Shown here: positions 46,484 to 58,278 of the stretch, one piece after another
How positions within the stretch are numbered: the stretch's first letter is position 1
How the letters are laid out: every line of letters starts with the position of its first letter
NCBI GenBank assembly: GCA_017993235.1
Contig: JAGONC010000016.1
Location: 5,072 to 69,071, forward strand
Direction: 5' to 3'
Length of the DNA stretch: 64,000 nucleotides
From: Lentimicrobiaceae bacterium
GTDB lineage: Bacteria > Bacteroidota > Bacteroidia > Bacteroidales > JAGONC01
Notes under the pieces: generated by a model
The model's input: only the letters and a program-made list of their open reading frames with translations
Told to the model about the DNA's origin: nothing
Databases searched by the model: none
Made by a program: the position numbers and the translations under genes

Positions 46484-48949
46484 CTAATACTCATACCCGC
46501 CGGTATCCATCTCTATCTCTTCGCCGTTGCCGTTACGCTGTTGTTTTTGCTTGTAATTGTTGATCTTGAAACTCAGGGCCAGGTTGAACACCGGCGCTTC
46601 CCGCGAGAATTTATCATAGGAGTAAAAACCAGCTCCTTCTGAAACAGATTCACGTGTGGCTGTTCTCAGGAGATCCCTTCCTGAAAGGGTCGCGGATAGT
46701 TTCCGCTGGAAGAAATCTTTTCTGATCGCAAGGCTGGTCATAAAGAAGCCTTCTTGGCTGCCCTGGGCAGTGATCGTCGGACCCCGGTAAATTGCAGTCA
46801 GTTGTAACCGTATATCAGCCGGAAGCTTAAAGGTGGCATTCAGACGGGTGTCCCAGCTGACGGTTTCATCGTCTGTATCCTCACCTTCCACATTGCCCTG
46901 CAGGCGGTAATAGAATACGTTCAGGCTGGCGTTGATCAGCAGCCAGTTGGTTAATTCCAGGTTCGCCATCAATTCGGTACCTGCTGCATGATCCCTGTCC
47001 ATATTGACCGAAGTATGCTGAATAATACCATTATCGAGAAGGGTCTTGATATGGCTGATCTTATTTTTTGTGATACGGTAATAGCCTTCCAGTGACAGGA
47101 ATGATTTGCTGAAACGGTACTGATAGCTCAGATCGTAAGAGTCAATAAATTCGGGTTCCAGTGCCGGATTCCCGACACGAACGTTGTATGGATCCATGTA
47201 GGTGATGGTTGGCTCAAGATCCCAGCCACGGGGACGATCGACGCGGCGGCTGTAACTCGCCAGCAACTGGTGTTTCTCCGTAAATTTTTTCGATACATGA
47301 AGGGTAGGGAACAAGTCAAATCGGTCGATAAGAAATGAGCTATCGCTTGCTGAAGAGTAGATATCCCTGTAATTGTACTCTCCCCGCAGGCCCAGCTGGA
47401 AACCGAATGTCTTCACCTCTCCTGACCAGGTTCCGTACAATGAATGGATCTGTTCGGTGAAATCCATTTCGGTACTGTAGAGATCGCTGGGGATCCATTT
47501 TTCAGCATCATAATCATATTCATTGTAAATATAATCCTCTGGATCGGATTCGAGTCTGAACTGATAACCCGCTTCAAGGGTCGTCTGATTCCGGAATGGT
47601 TTTGTATAATCTGTCCTGAACCTCAGGTTGCGCGAATGCCCTGTCTCCGTTGTCCGCACACCGCTGGGAAAAAGGTCATCAATGGCATAGGTTGAATCGC
47701 TGTCATACTCGTATTGTTCTTCCCATTCATCTCCCAGCCGTGAGGAGTACATCAGCATGGCTTCCAGTTTATGGCCGTCTCCTTTCAGCATCTGATACAG
47801 GTTGAGCGAACCTTCGTAAAAGTCGCCCTGGCGCCGGCTTTCATTTTCTGAAACGTTATAGGTATTGGTTGAATAAGGTTCGGTGAACAGATGCTGTCGT
47901 GTCTGCCCGTCCCTTCCGAATTCATGTTCACCATACCTGCCCGAAAGGGTCAGCGTGGTGCGGTCGGTTATAAAATAATCCAGGCCACCTTTCACTCCCC
48001 ATCCATTACGGAGCATATTATCGTCCACATCCGACAGACGGATGGTGGTGGTATCGGTTGCAATGGACTCATTCCGCATGGTGCCTTCTCCTTTGTGCCT
48101 GTTGTTGTTGTAATTAGCTCCCACGAAGAAATTGACCTTTCCGGTCCGGTAGTTCAGCAAGGCATCCGTGGAGTACTTGTTGCCCGTACCGGCTGAAGCG
48201 TTAATGATGCCATTATAACCTGGTTTCTGTTGTTTTTTCATGACAACATTGATGATGCCTGCCAGTCCGTCAGGATCATACCTGGCCGAGGGATTGGTGA
48301 TGATTTCGAGTCGTTCCACCGAACTGGCAGGGATCTGCTGCAGTGCATCCGTGCCCTGCAGAACGCTCGGGCGGCCGTCGATCAAAACGGTATAGCTGGA
48401 GCTGCCGCGCAGGGTAACATTTCCTTCTATATCCACCTGTACAGAGGGTATATTTTCAAGGGCAGTCACCACCGAGGATCCATCAGCCATGATATCCTGG
48501 CTGACATTGACCACCTTTTTATCAATGCGGTATTCAACCCGCTGTTTATCAGCAACCACCTCAACCCCTTCGAGACTGGTCATGGCAGGTCTCAGGGTGA
48601 TGTTACCCAGGTCGACGGTCTGTGACTTGGGTGTGATCATGATCCCGGGCAGGTATTTCTTTTCATAGCCGATAAAGTTGACCAGCAGGTAAAATTTACC
48701 GAAGGGGAGTTCGGTAAGCCTGAATTTACCGCTTAGGTCCGTCACCGTTCCGGTGACCATAGTGGAATCCTGTTCACGGAACAACACAAGGTTCACAAAT
48801 TCCATCGGCACAGCTTCAACCTCTTCCAGTACGGAACCGGTCACGATGCCTGTCATCGGCATCTGTGATGCATTCCCCATTCTCTGCTCCTGCGCTGCCA
48901 GTCCCATCCAGCCCAGCACTGCGATCATAATCAACACCAAATTCTTCAT
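46484..48949 (-). CDS. TonB-dependent-receptor-like outer-membrane beta-barrel protein with CarboxypepD_reg domain
   Basis: 821 aa with a signal peptide, a GIVTGSVLEE...VNLVLF Ig-like domain, a plug-like segment (…IEGNVTLRGSS..VLIDGRP) and a long barrel. Confidence 0.8.
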   Translation of the reverse strand: MKNLVLIMIAVLGWMGLAAQEQRMGNASQMPMTGIVTGSVLEEVEAVPMEFVNLVLFREQDSTMVTGTVTDLSGKFRLTELPFGKFYLLVNFIGYEKKYLPGIMITPKSQTVDLGNITLRPAMTSLEGVEVVADKQRVEYRIDKKVVNVSQDIMADGSSVVTALENIPSVQVDIEGNVTLRGSSSYTVLIDGRPSVLQGTDALQQIPASSVERLEIITNPSARYDPDGLAGIINVVMKKQQKPGYNGIINASAGTGNKYSTDALLNYRTGKVNFFVGANYNNNRHKGEGTMRNESIATDTTTIRLSDVDDNMLRNGWGVKGGLDYFITDRTTLTLSGRYGEHEFGRDGQTRQHLFTEPYSTNTYNVSENESRRQGDFYEGSLNLYQMLKGDGHKLEAMLMYSSRLGDEWEEQYEYDSDSTYAIDDLFPSGVRTTETGHSRNLRFRTDYTKPFRNQTTLEAGYQFRLESDPEDYIYNEYDYDAEKWIPSDLYSTEMDFTEQIHSLYGTWSGEVKTFGFQLGLRGEYNYRDIYSSASDSSFLIDRFDLFPTLHVSKKFTEKHQLLASYSRRVDRPRGWDLEPTITYMDPYNVRVGNPALEPEFIDSYDLSYQYRFSKSFLSLEGYYRITKNKISHIKTLLDNGIIQHTSVNMDRDHAAGTELMANLELTNWLLINASLNVFYYRLQGNVEGEDTDDETVSWDTRLNATFKLPADIRLQLTAIYRGPTITAQGSQEGFFMTSLAIRKDFFQRKLSATLSGRDLLRTATRESVSEGAGFYSYDKFSREAPVFNLALSFKINNYKQKQQRNGNGEEIEMDTGGYEY

Positions 48950-49045
48950 AAAGAATAATGAGTATAGTATTATTGTGGGATTGATTCAACCATGAATCAA
49001 CCGTATTAGACGATTAAATCAATGAATAGTTTAACAATGATTAAA

Positions 49046-50200
49046 TTAATTCTCCTCTCTCCTCTCTCCTCTCTCCTCTCTCATCTCATACACCACCCCT
49101 CTTTCCCTGAGGCCTTCCAGGATAAATTCAACACAGAGATGGTTCTTCCCGATAAATTCAGGCGGAGAAATTCCTTTTTCCCTGTAAAGGCGGTGAGCGA
49201 TCATCCTTACGGCCATGGTGGCCGTGTAACCTGTGGTTCTTGCCATGGAGTGCACCCCGGATACCGGATCGTAGGTATCGTACAGATCCCAGATAAACCG
49301 CACGGGTTCATGGTCTTTGATTCCTTCCACGATAACCTGCATGATGGTGATATCTTCCTCGCCCTCGTTCAGTTTCCATTTCGGGAAAAGCAGGCGGGTG
49401 GTCAGATCCAGCGGCCTGATGCTTGCGCCGTGGATTTCGATGGGATCCGTACTGAAAAATCCGGCGTCGCGGAGTACCCTGATCTTTTCAATGTGCCCTG
49501 CATACCGGAGCGTCTTTTCGATCATGGTCGGTGCCTGGATGGTCGCCATCAGGGTGCGAAGGCCATCGCTGTTGAATGCTTCCAGGGTACCGATTCCTGG
49601 AAAATCCAGCAGTTCAGGATCCGACAGGGCTGGTTTGATCACCATCTGACCCCTATCCACAAAACGGGCAGGGCGCGTATATTCCTCGATGACATCCACC
49701 GGTGAAAAAACAGCTTTGTACTCCCAAGGCCATTGCCTGATACGGGGCAGACCGCCCACATAAATGGTCACCTTTTCGGTTTTGTCAAGCATCGAATCGG
49801 CATACCCCGTCAATAAATTGCTCATTCCGGGAGCTACACCCATATCCACGACAGCAATGACTCCCATGCTTCTGGCCCGTTCGTCAAGGGTGAAGATATC
49901 CTCCGGTGAAAAGGCGATATCCACAATATTCTTTCCGGCCTCGATTACGGTTTTCAGGGTCTCATATCCCAGATAACCCGGAACGGCACTCAGGACAATG
50001 TCCTGATCCTGGATCAGCTTTTGAAGATTCCCCTTGTCAGCCAGATCGGATGTTATCCGGATTCCTTTAAAATCAGCTCCCAGTTTGTCGAGGTTGGCCG
50101 TCTGTCTATCCACCACGGTAATGATTAAATCGGGATCATTCACCAGGTCCCTCACCATGGGACCTCCGATTAAACCGGCACCTAATACAATGATTTTCAT
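49046..50200 (-). CDS. saccharopine dehydrogenase-family NAD(P)-dependent oxidoreductase
   Basis: ATG at 50200 with Rossmann motif KIIVLGAGLIGG. The last 11 codons (REERGERREEN) are encoded by the heptamer repeat at 49051-49085. Confidence 0.8.
   Translation of the reverse strand: MKIIVLGAGLIGGPMVRDLVNDPDLIITVVDRQTANLDKLGADFKGIRITSDLADKGNLQKLIQDQDIVLSAVPGYLGYETLKTVIEAGKNIVDIAFSPEDIFTLDERARSMGVIAVVDMGVAPGMSNLLTGYADSMLDKTEKVTIYVGGLPRIRQWPWEYKAVFSPVDVIEEYTRPARFVDRGQMVIKPALSDPELLDFPGIGTLEAFNSDGLRTLMATIQAPTMIEKTLRYAGHIEKIRVLRDAGFFSTDPIEIHGASIRPLDLTTRLLFPKWKLNEGEEDITIMQVIVEGIKDHEPVRFIWDLYDTYDPVSGVHSMARTTGYTATMAVRMIAHRLYREKGISPPEFIGKNHLCVEFILEGLRERGVVYEMREERGERREEN
49051..49085. repeat. 5 x 7-nt tandem repeat (TCTCCTC x4 + TCTCATC)
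   Basis: Read directly. It overlaps the 3' end of the dehydrogenase ORF and lies about 100 nt upstream of the next minus-strand gene. Confidence 0.85.
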
Positions 50201-50295
50201 TATGTTATTGTTATAAGAATTCAAACGAAGGGATTTGCAAAGTTCGGAAAAAAATTGACAGGTTTTATGATCGTTCAGCGGATACCACAGGAAGG

Positions 50296-51207
50296 TCAGT
50301 TTAGCCTCTGACCTTTCTTTTTCAAGTGCTGGAACTGGGTCAGGATGACCCCTGCAATGACAATCAGGATCCCCAGTATTTTATGCAGATTGAAATATTC
50401 TGAAAGGATGAACCAGGAGAAGAAAGCGGTAAAGATCGGGATGAGATTGGTAAAGACATTGGTACGGCTCACGCCGATTTTTTTAACACCGTAGGTGAAC
50501 AGGATATAGGCAAATGTTGAGGCGAAGAGGGAGAGCTGGATCAGTGCGGAGATGGTTCTCCAGCCGGGTTTGATGGTTATAAATTCGTTCAGGTCGAAGA
50601 TCAGGAATAACGGCAGGAAATAGAGTACACCGAAAAGGTTCTGCCAGGCGATGATCGAAACCGGATCATACCGTTGGGTAAGTTTCTTCAGAAAGGGAGT
50701 GTAGATCACTGCAGAAATGACGGCAAAAAAGAGGAATCCAATTCCTGCAGGAGAAGCGCTGATGGTCATGTCACGGTTGATGAGCATAAGCAGGATCCCT
50801 GCAAACGACAGAACGATGCCGGCAATGTTCAGCCACGAGATTCTTTCCCTGATGATGAACCAGGCTGCAACAGGCGTTAGCAGCGGAATGGTTGCGATCA
50901 CCACAGCACTGATGGACGGGCTGGTGTACTTCAATCCGAAATTTTCACCGATAAAGTACAGGAAGGGATTGAAAAAAGAGGCGATCAGGAATAATCCGAC
51001 ATCCTTCCTTCTGATCCGCTCCAGTTTCCTGGTGGCCAGCAGCACCGCCATCAGGATGAAGGAAGACAGCGCCAGCCGTAAAAAAATGGTGGTCACCGGC
51101 GGGTAGCAACGAAAGACAATGGATGTCCAGATAAAGCTCATGCCCCAGAAGATCATCGAGATGATGATCAATCCATAGGCGATCCTGTTTTGGTTTCGTT
51201 CTTCCAA
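50296..51207 (-). CDS. EamA/DMT-family transporter
   Basis: 303 aa with 10 TMs in two EamA halves. The TTG start at 51207 lies 23 nt downstream of a TAAGTTTG box. Confidence 0.85.
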   Translation of the reverse strand: MEERNQNRIAYGLIIISMIFWGMSFIWTSIVFRCYPPVTTIFLRLALSSFILMAVLLATRKLERIRRKDVGLFLIASFFNPFLYFIGENFGLKYTSPSISAVVIATIPLLTPVAAWFIIRERISWLNIAGIVLSFAGILLMLINRDMTISASPAGIGFLFFAVISAVIYTPFLKKLTQRYDPVSIIAWQNLFGVLYFLPLFLIFDLNEFITIKPGWRTISALIQLSLFASTFAYILFTYGVKKIGVSRTNVFTNLIPIFTAFFSWFILSEYFNLHKILGILIVIAGVILTQFQHLKKKGQRLN

Positions 51208-51229
51208 GAGCTTCGACCGGTTAGCGGGG

Positions 51230-51237
51230 CAAACTTA
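51230..51237 (-). promoter_or_regulatory. -7 promoter box TAagTTTG (EamA transporter)
   Basis: The reverse complement of caaactta is TAAGTTTG. Confidence 0.5.
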
Positions 51238-51313
51238 AGGATATTTTTTTGGGATTTTTGGAAACTTTTTGTAACATTTCAGGTTTGCAACGGTCTTTAT
51301 CAAAAAAATCCTC

Positions 51314-51874
51314 TTGGAAGTTATTTATAAGAATACACATCAGGAACTCATCGAGCAGTGCAGGGAGGGAGATCAGCGAGCACAGCTGGAATTGTATAAA
51401 ATGTACTATAAAACCATGTATAATACCAGTTTACGGATACTCGGCAGGCCGCAGGATGCGGAAGATATCATGCAGGATTCCTTTCTGGATGCCTTCCGGA
51501 ATCTGCACGAATTCAGGGGTACCTCAACTTTCGGAGCATGGTTCAGACGCATTGTGATCAACAACTCCCTGGATGCATTGAAAAAGAATGCGGGGCTTAC
51601 CTTCATCGAAGAATATGACCATCAGATTCCTCATGAAGAACAGGATGATGAGGATATTTCCCTGAAAGTGGAAGAGATCCGCCAGGCTGTTGGTGAGTTG
51701 CCGGCAGATTACCGGATTGTATTGTCGCTACACCTTTTCGAAGGGTATGATCACGATGAGATCTCAACCATATTGAATATCTCCAACAACACATCCCGCA
51801 TCCGGTATTTCAGAGCGAAACAGAAATTGCTGGAGATCATTAAGGAGTCACGCATCCGAAAATTCATTATCTGA
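51314..51874 (+). CDS. ECF-type RNA polymerase sigma-70 factor
   Basis: 186 aa with a TTG start. Region 2 is DAEDIMQDSFLDAF, and the region 4 HTH is VLSLHLFEGYDHDEISTILNISNNTSRIRYFRAKQKL. Confidence 0.85.
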   Translation: MEVIYKNTHQELIEQCREGDQRAQLELYKMYYKTMYNTSLRILGRPQDAEDIMQDSFLDAFRNLHEFRGTSTFGAWFRRIVINNSLDALKKNAGLTFIEEYDHQIPHEEQDDEDISLKVEEIRQAVGELPADYRIVLSLHLFEGYDHDEISTILNISNNTSRIRYFRAKQKLLEIIKESRIRKFII

Positions 51875-51894
51875 CCTTATATCAGCTGCATATT

Positions 51895-52455
51895 ATGGAT
51901 AAGCTCGAACATCTGGTCCGCAACAAACGACAGGAATTTGATCACGCTGAACCCCCGGAGGATCACGTCGAAAGATTCCTGATGAAATTGCAGGAGTTTC
52001 ACCATCCGCGGAAAAAACCAGCCTACCTCAACAATATCTGGCGGGTGGCAGCAGTGGTTTTGATCATCATTGCCGCTTCATTCACCATTAATTATTTTAA
52101 CCTGATCCCCAGGTCCGTGATGAAAGGTACAGCAGCTAGTGAACTTCCTCCTGAACTGAAAGATGTGGAAGTGTATTATACGACACTTACCGGTGAAAAG
52201 CTTCAGCAGATCGAATCCCTGACCACTTCGAAAGAAGAAGCGGAAAGGATTAGGAAACAGGCTCTTTCCGAGGTGGATGAACTGGAAAGCTCTAACCTCC
52301 AATTGCAGCAGGAATATGTCGCCAGTGGTAAAAATGAAAGAGTGATGGATGCCATTGTCAATAACTACCGGATCATCACCAGCCTTCTTGACCATATCAT
52401 CAATGAATTATCATCAGGAAAAGATATCGTAAATTCAGAAAATCCATCTTCCTAA
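51895..52455 (+). CDS. putative anti-sigma factor / single-pass membrane protein
   Basis: 186 aa with one TM (IWRVAAVVLIIIAASFTINYF). It directly follows the sigma gene. Confidence 0.45.
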   Translation: MDKLEHLVRNKRQEFDHAEPPEDHVERFLMKLQEFHHPRKKPAYLNNIWRVAAVVLIIIAASFTINYFNLIPRSVMKGTAASELPPELKDVEVYYTTLTGEKLQQIESLTTSKEEAERIRKQALSEVDELESSNLQLQQEYVASGKNERVMDAIVNNYRIITSLLDHIINELSSGKDIVNSENPSS

Positions 52456-52470
52456 CAATTACGCAACACC

Positions 52471-53541
52471 ATGAAAATAAATGAACTACCTGTTATGCGC
52501 CTCCTGCTCATCATCCCTTTGATGACAGCTGTTACATCCGTGAACGGCAGCGGCGACAAATTCACCCGGACGATCAGCAAGGAATTCACGATTGGTACGA
52601 ATGCCCATCTCCATGTCGATAACAAATACGGAAAGATCCATTGTGCGAACTGGGACCGGAGCGCCGTTTCGCTGGAAGTGACCATTTCGGTGGATGCAGC
52701 CAACGAAGAGAAAGCTGACAGGATCTTTGATATGATCCGTGTGGAAATGCATGGATCAACTTCGGAAGTAGTGGCCGAAACGGAGATAAACGACGCATTC
52801 AAGGGCAACAATGACCGCGTTTCCATTCAGATCGACTACATGATCCACATGCCGGAAAAAATTGCCTTATCCCTGGATAACCGATTTGGAGACATTTATA
52901 TCGAGAATGTGCAGGGCCCGGCTGAGATTGACCTTAGCTATGGAAGCATGGAAGCCAAAAGCATGATCCATAATGATAATGATCTTGAAATCAAATTCGG
53001 GAAGGCATCCATTGAAACGATGACAGGATGTGCCGCCGATATCAAATATTCCGAATTCATTGTTTATGACTGTAAGAATATGGATATCGAATCCAAGTTT
53101 TCCACAGCGAGGATCGAAAAAGTTACCGCAGCCGATATTGACTCGAAGTACGATACGTACACGATTGGCGATATGCAGACGGCGGATATCACCGCTGAGT
53201 TTACCACCCTGAAGATCGCCAAATTGCTGAAACATATCGGAGTCTATTCAAAATATGGTGCGTTCCAGTTGAAATACATTGCTCCAGGCTTTGACGATGT
53301 CAGGATTGACAACCAGTACGGAAATGTTGAACTCGGAGTTGATGAAGAAGCAAGCTTTCAGCTGGATGCTACCATCAGGCTGGGCTCATTGAGCTATCCA
53401 AAAGAGAAGGCTTCTGTCGTCAAGGATGCTGCAGATCCGGTTACCTCCTATTACCGCGGTGTCATTGGAGATAACAAAAGTACAGCCTCACAGATCCATA
53501 TTGAGAGTGCCAATGCGGGGGTGATGATTAAAGCGTGGTAG
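52471..53541 (+). CDS. beta-strand-repeat secreted protein (DUF4097-like putative adhesin)
   Basis: 356 aa with a signal peptide and repeated 'G-x-I-x-I/V' beta-helix-like strands (FGDIYIENVQGPAEIDLSYGSMEAK...). Confidence 0.55.
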   Translation: MKINELPVMRLLLIIPLMTAVTSVNGSGDKFTRTISKEFTIGTNAHLHVDNKYGKIHCANWDRSAVSLEVTISVDAANEEKADRIFDMIRVEMHGSTSEVVAETEINDAFKGNNDRVSIQIDYMIHMPEKIALSLDNRFGDIYIENVQGPAEIDLSYGSMEAKSMIHNDNDLEIKFGKASIETMTGCAADIKYSEFIVYDCKNMDIESKFSTARIEKVTAADIDSKYDTYTIGDMQTADITAEFTTLKIAKLLKHIGVYSKYGAFQLKYIAPGFDDVRIDNQYGNVELGVDEEASFQLDATIRLGSLSYPKEKASVVKDAADPVTSYYRGVIGDNKSTASQIHIESANAGVMIKAW

Positions 53542-53601
53542 AAAGGCGTAAAGGCGTAAAGGCGCAAAGGCGTAAAGGCACAAAGGCACAAAGGCACAAA
53601 G
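53542..53601. repeat. 7.5 x 8-nt tandem repeat (AAAGGCGT x4 variants, then AAAGGCAC x3)
   Basis: Read directly. It starts 1 nt after the stop codon at 53541 and lies 42 nt upstream of the next ATG. Confidence 0.9.
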
Positions 53602-53642
53602 TAATCTTGATAGTAGAATGAACATTTTAAAATTTTAGCGTT

Positions 53643-54443
53643 ATGATTAGATTTTTAATAACAGGAGTGATTTCTGGTCTTATGATCAGCGGAAGTTTTG
53701 CGCAGGTTTCCCAGGAAAGGAATGTTGATCCTTTTAAAGCCATTGAAAACAGGAGTTCAGTCGATCTGTATATTTACCAGGGGTCTTCACCGCGGGTTGT
53801 CATTGAAACGGATGAGTCCGTGATGGACAAGGTGGAAACGTGGGTGCAGGATGGCATACTGGTGATCGATCTGGACAGGTGTCCCATGAATGTTAAAACA
53901 CTGAAAGCACATATCACGGTCACCGATCTGGAGCGTTTGCATTTCAACGGATCCGGTGACTGCCGGACCGAGACTCTACTGGAGGTCCCTCAACTGGAGG
54001 TCAGGGTTAATGGTTCGGGTGATACCCGGCTGAAGCTGAATACCGATGCCCTTGATCTTCGCATCAATGGATCCGGGGATTCCGAAGTTGAGGGCACAGT
54101 TATAAATGCTCATATTGGTGTCAATGGATCAGGGGATGTTTTCCTTCATGGCGGAAACATGAAGGAATGTACGGTGAAACTTACCGGCTCAGGTGACGTT
54201 GAGCTCTCGGGCACCACGGATATCCTTACGATCAAACAGGTCAGTTCGGGTGATGTGGATGCAGATGACCTGAAGGCAACGGTATGTACCATTGATAAAT
54301 CCGGTTCAGGGGATACCAGTGTCTGGATTGATGGTGATCTGTCGGTGACCTCCAGTGGATCGGGAGATGTCTATTACAGGGGGATGACCCAGGTGAAATC
54401 CATTTCCGTGACCGGCTCAGGAGATGTCCGCAAAATCAGGTAA
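53643..54443 (+). CDS. DUF2807 'head GIN' domain protein
   Basis: 266 aa with a signal peptide and repeated (N/T)GSGD strands (NGSGDCR, NGSGDTR, NGSGDSE, NGSGDVF, TGSGDVE, SGSGDTS, SGSGDVY, TGSGDVR). Confidence 0.75.
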   Translation: MIRFLITGVISGLMISGSFAQVSQERNVDPFKAIENRSSVDLYIYQGSSPRVVIETDESVMDKVETWVQDGILVIDLDRCPMNVKTLKAHITVTDLERLHFNGSGDCRTETLLEVPQLEVRVNGSGDTRLKLNTDALDLRINGSGDSEVEGTVINAHIGVNGSGDVFLHGGNMKECTVKLTGSGDVELSGTTDILTIKQVSSGDVDADDLKATVCTIDKSGSGDTSVWIDGDLSVTSSGSGDVYYRGMTQVKSISVTGSGDVRKIR

Positions 54444-54463
54444 TCAGAATGGATTCCATCTCC

Positions 54464-56679
<2,216 letters not shown>

Positions 56680-56681
56680 CG

Positions 56682-58214
56682 TTAACCGGCTCTCTTATCC
56701 GGATAAAAGTCCCTGTTGCGGTAAATGATCACCGTCTGGTTGGCATTGACGGGATTGAGCCAGGAAAGGAACCGGTCCACCAGACCGGGCTCTATCCGGG
56801 TTTCATAATCAATGTTGGGAAGAAGGTCTTTGATCTTATTCACCCGTTGTTCGATATCCTTATCCTGGAAGAGGAGTACAAAGCGGGGGTATTTTGCCTT
56901 ACCATAGACCTCAAGCTGGGTTTTCAGGGAGTCCACCGGGTGGGTGCCGCTGATGGAATAAACATTCAACCGTTCACCGTAATAATACGAGGGAGGGATC
57001 AGCACCTCGTGCCGGAAGGTGTCATCGAACAGTACGAAATCAATGCCCGCGTATCGCGACAGGTAGGTCATGGATTCCACACGTGCTTTTTTCGAGTACA
57101 TGGTAGTGACGAAGGGTAACAGTGCAAGATTAATGATCCAGAAGAATATCCAGCAGGCAAAAAGCAAACGTCTGCTATGCTGCCAGATTCCGGATTGCTC
57201 CGTAAATGCCTGCCATCCGCTCACTCCCGATATGATCAGAAAGGGAACGATGGGTATGATGAACCGCTCCTGTTTGTTAGGGAACAGGGAGTGAAAGATC
57301 AGGAAAAGAAGGACCGGAAGGAACAGGATCAGCTGCTTTTTCCAGTTCCTGATCAATCCGGTGAAAATAAAGACACTTACAGGCGGTATGAGCATGACCA
57401 GTAAAAACACAAGGTAGTTGTACCATGGGCCCGTGATGTACTCCAACCGGTGGTGGATGTTGTACAGGATATATTGTTTGAGTTCTGCGAAGGGTGTATT
57501 CCAGATAAAGAAGTCAATCACACCCTGCGTCAGCAGGATGGAAGCAGCCAGTCCAAGCACAAAGGACAGACTTTCCTTCCATTTTTTTTCCAGGAGTAAG
57601 GCAAGCCATACACCTGCAATGTACATAAACACCTGGTACCTGACGGCAAAGGCAAGTCCAAACATGAAGCCTGCCATCAGGGTTTTCCATTTCCATCCGG
57701 GTGAGGTCTTCAGCAGATACCAGGTACCCAGGACCATAAAGGGGATACAAACGACTTCGACAAGGTTTCTGACACTGAGCCACGGCATGAACCAGAAGAC
57801 AGCAAGCAGCAGCCCGGCTGTACGGGCGGATTTTTCACCGGCGAGTACCAGGGTGATCCGGTAGCCATAATATACGGTGATCAGCGAAAAGATGGCATGG
57901 ATCAGCCTGACAATGAGCATCTGGGTCTGCGGCGAATGGATGGACAGGGATTCCAGGAGGAGGAAGACGATGTACATAAAACCGGTATAAAAAAAGCTGT
58001 GACCTGATGGGCCCTTGTTCTCCTCACTCCAGGGAAGCCAGTTATCGTAATCCTGTCCGATTGCCCAGGAATGGGTAGGTTCAATGATGATGAAGTGATC
58101 GTCATGCATGCCAAATCCCCTGGCAAACACGGCGGCAATCAGCCGCAGGATGATGGCCAGCAGCATAATGACCGCGAGGGGTTTTTCCTTCCAGTATGTC
58201 ATCAGTAGTCTCAT
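56682..58214 (-). CDS. GT-C fold membrane glycosyltransferase, Alg9/PIG-like (GT22) mannosyltransferase family
   Basis: 510 aa with at least 10 TMs. The first-loop motif GMHDDHF resembles the HPDE(H/V)F motif of GT22 enzymes. Family assignment is not verified. Confidence 0.55.
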   Translation of the reverse strand: MRLLMTYWKEKPLAVIMLLAIILRLIAAVFARGFGMHDDHFIIIEPTHSWAIGQDYDNWLPWSEENKGPSGHSFFYTGFMYIVFLLLESLSIHSPQTQMLIVRLIHAIFSLITVYYGYRITLVLAGEKSARTAGLLLAVFWFMPWLSVRNLVEVVCIPFMVLGTWYLLKTSPGWKWKTLMAGFMFGLAFAVRYQVFMYIAGVWLALLLEKKWKESLSFVLGLAASILLTQGVIDFFIWNTPFAELKQYILYNIHHRLEYITGPWYNYLVFLLVMLIPPVSVFIFTGLIRNWKKQLILFLPVLLFLIFHSLFPNKQERFIIPIVPFLIISGVSGWQAFTEQSGIWQHSRRLLFACWIFFWIINLALLPFVTTMYSKKARVESMTYLSRYAGIDFVLFDDTFRHEVLIPPSYYYGERLNVYSISGTHPVDSLKTQLEVYGKAKYPRFVLLFQDKDIEQRVNKIKDLLPNIDYETRIEPGLVDRFLSWLNPVNANQTVIIYRNRDFYPDKRAG

Positions 58215-58278
58215 CGTCCCATTCAGCCAGGGTAAAATGGATGTTTCAGGCCCTGCAGTCCATACACGGGGTCATTAT

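Noticed and set aside
53542-53601. Tandem repeat tracts (also 3061-3095, 21079-21113, 49051-49085 and 56631-56679) considered as CRISPR arrays.
   Set aside because: The units are only 7-8 nt and directly abut one another with no spacers. No cas genes are present in the window.
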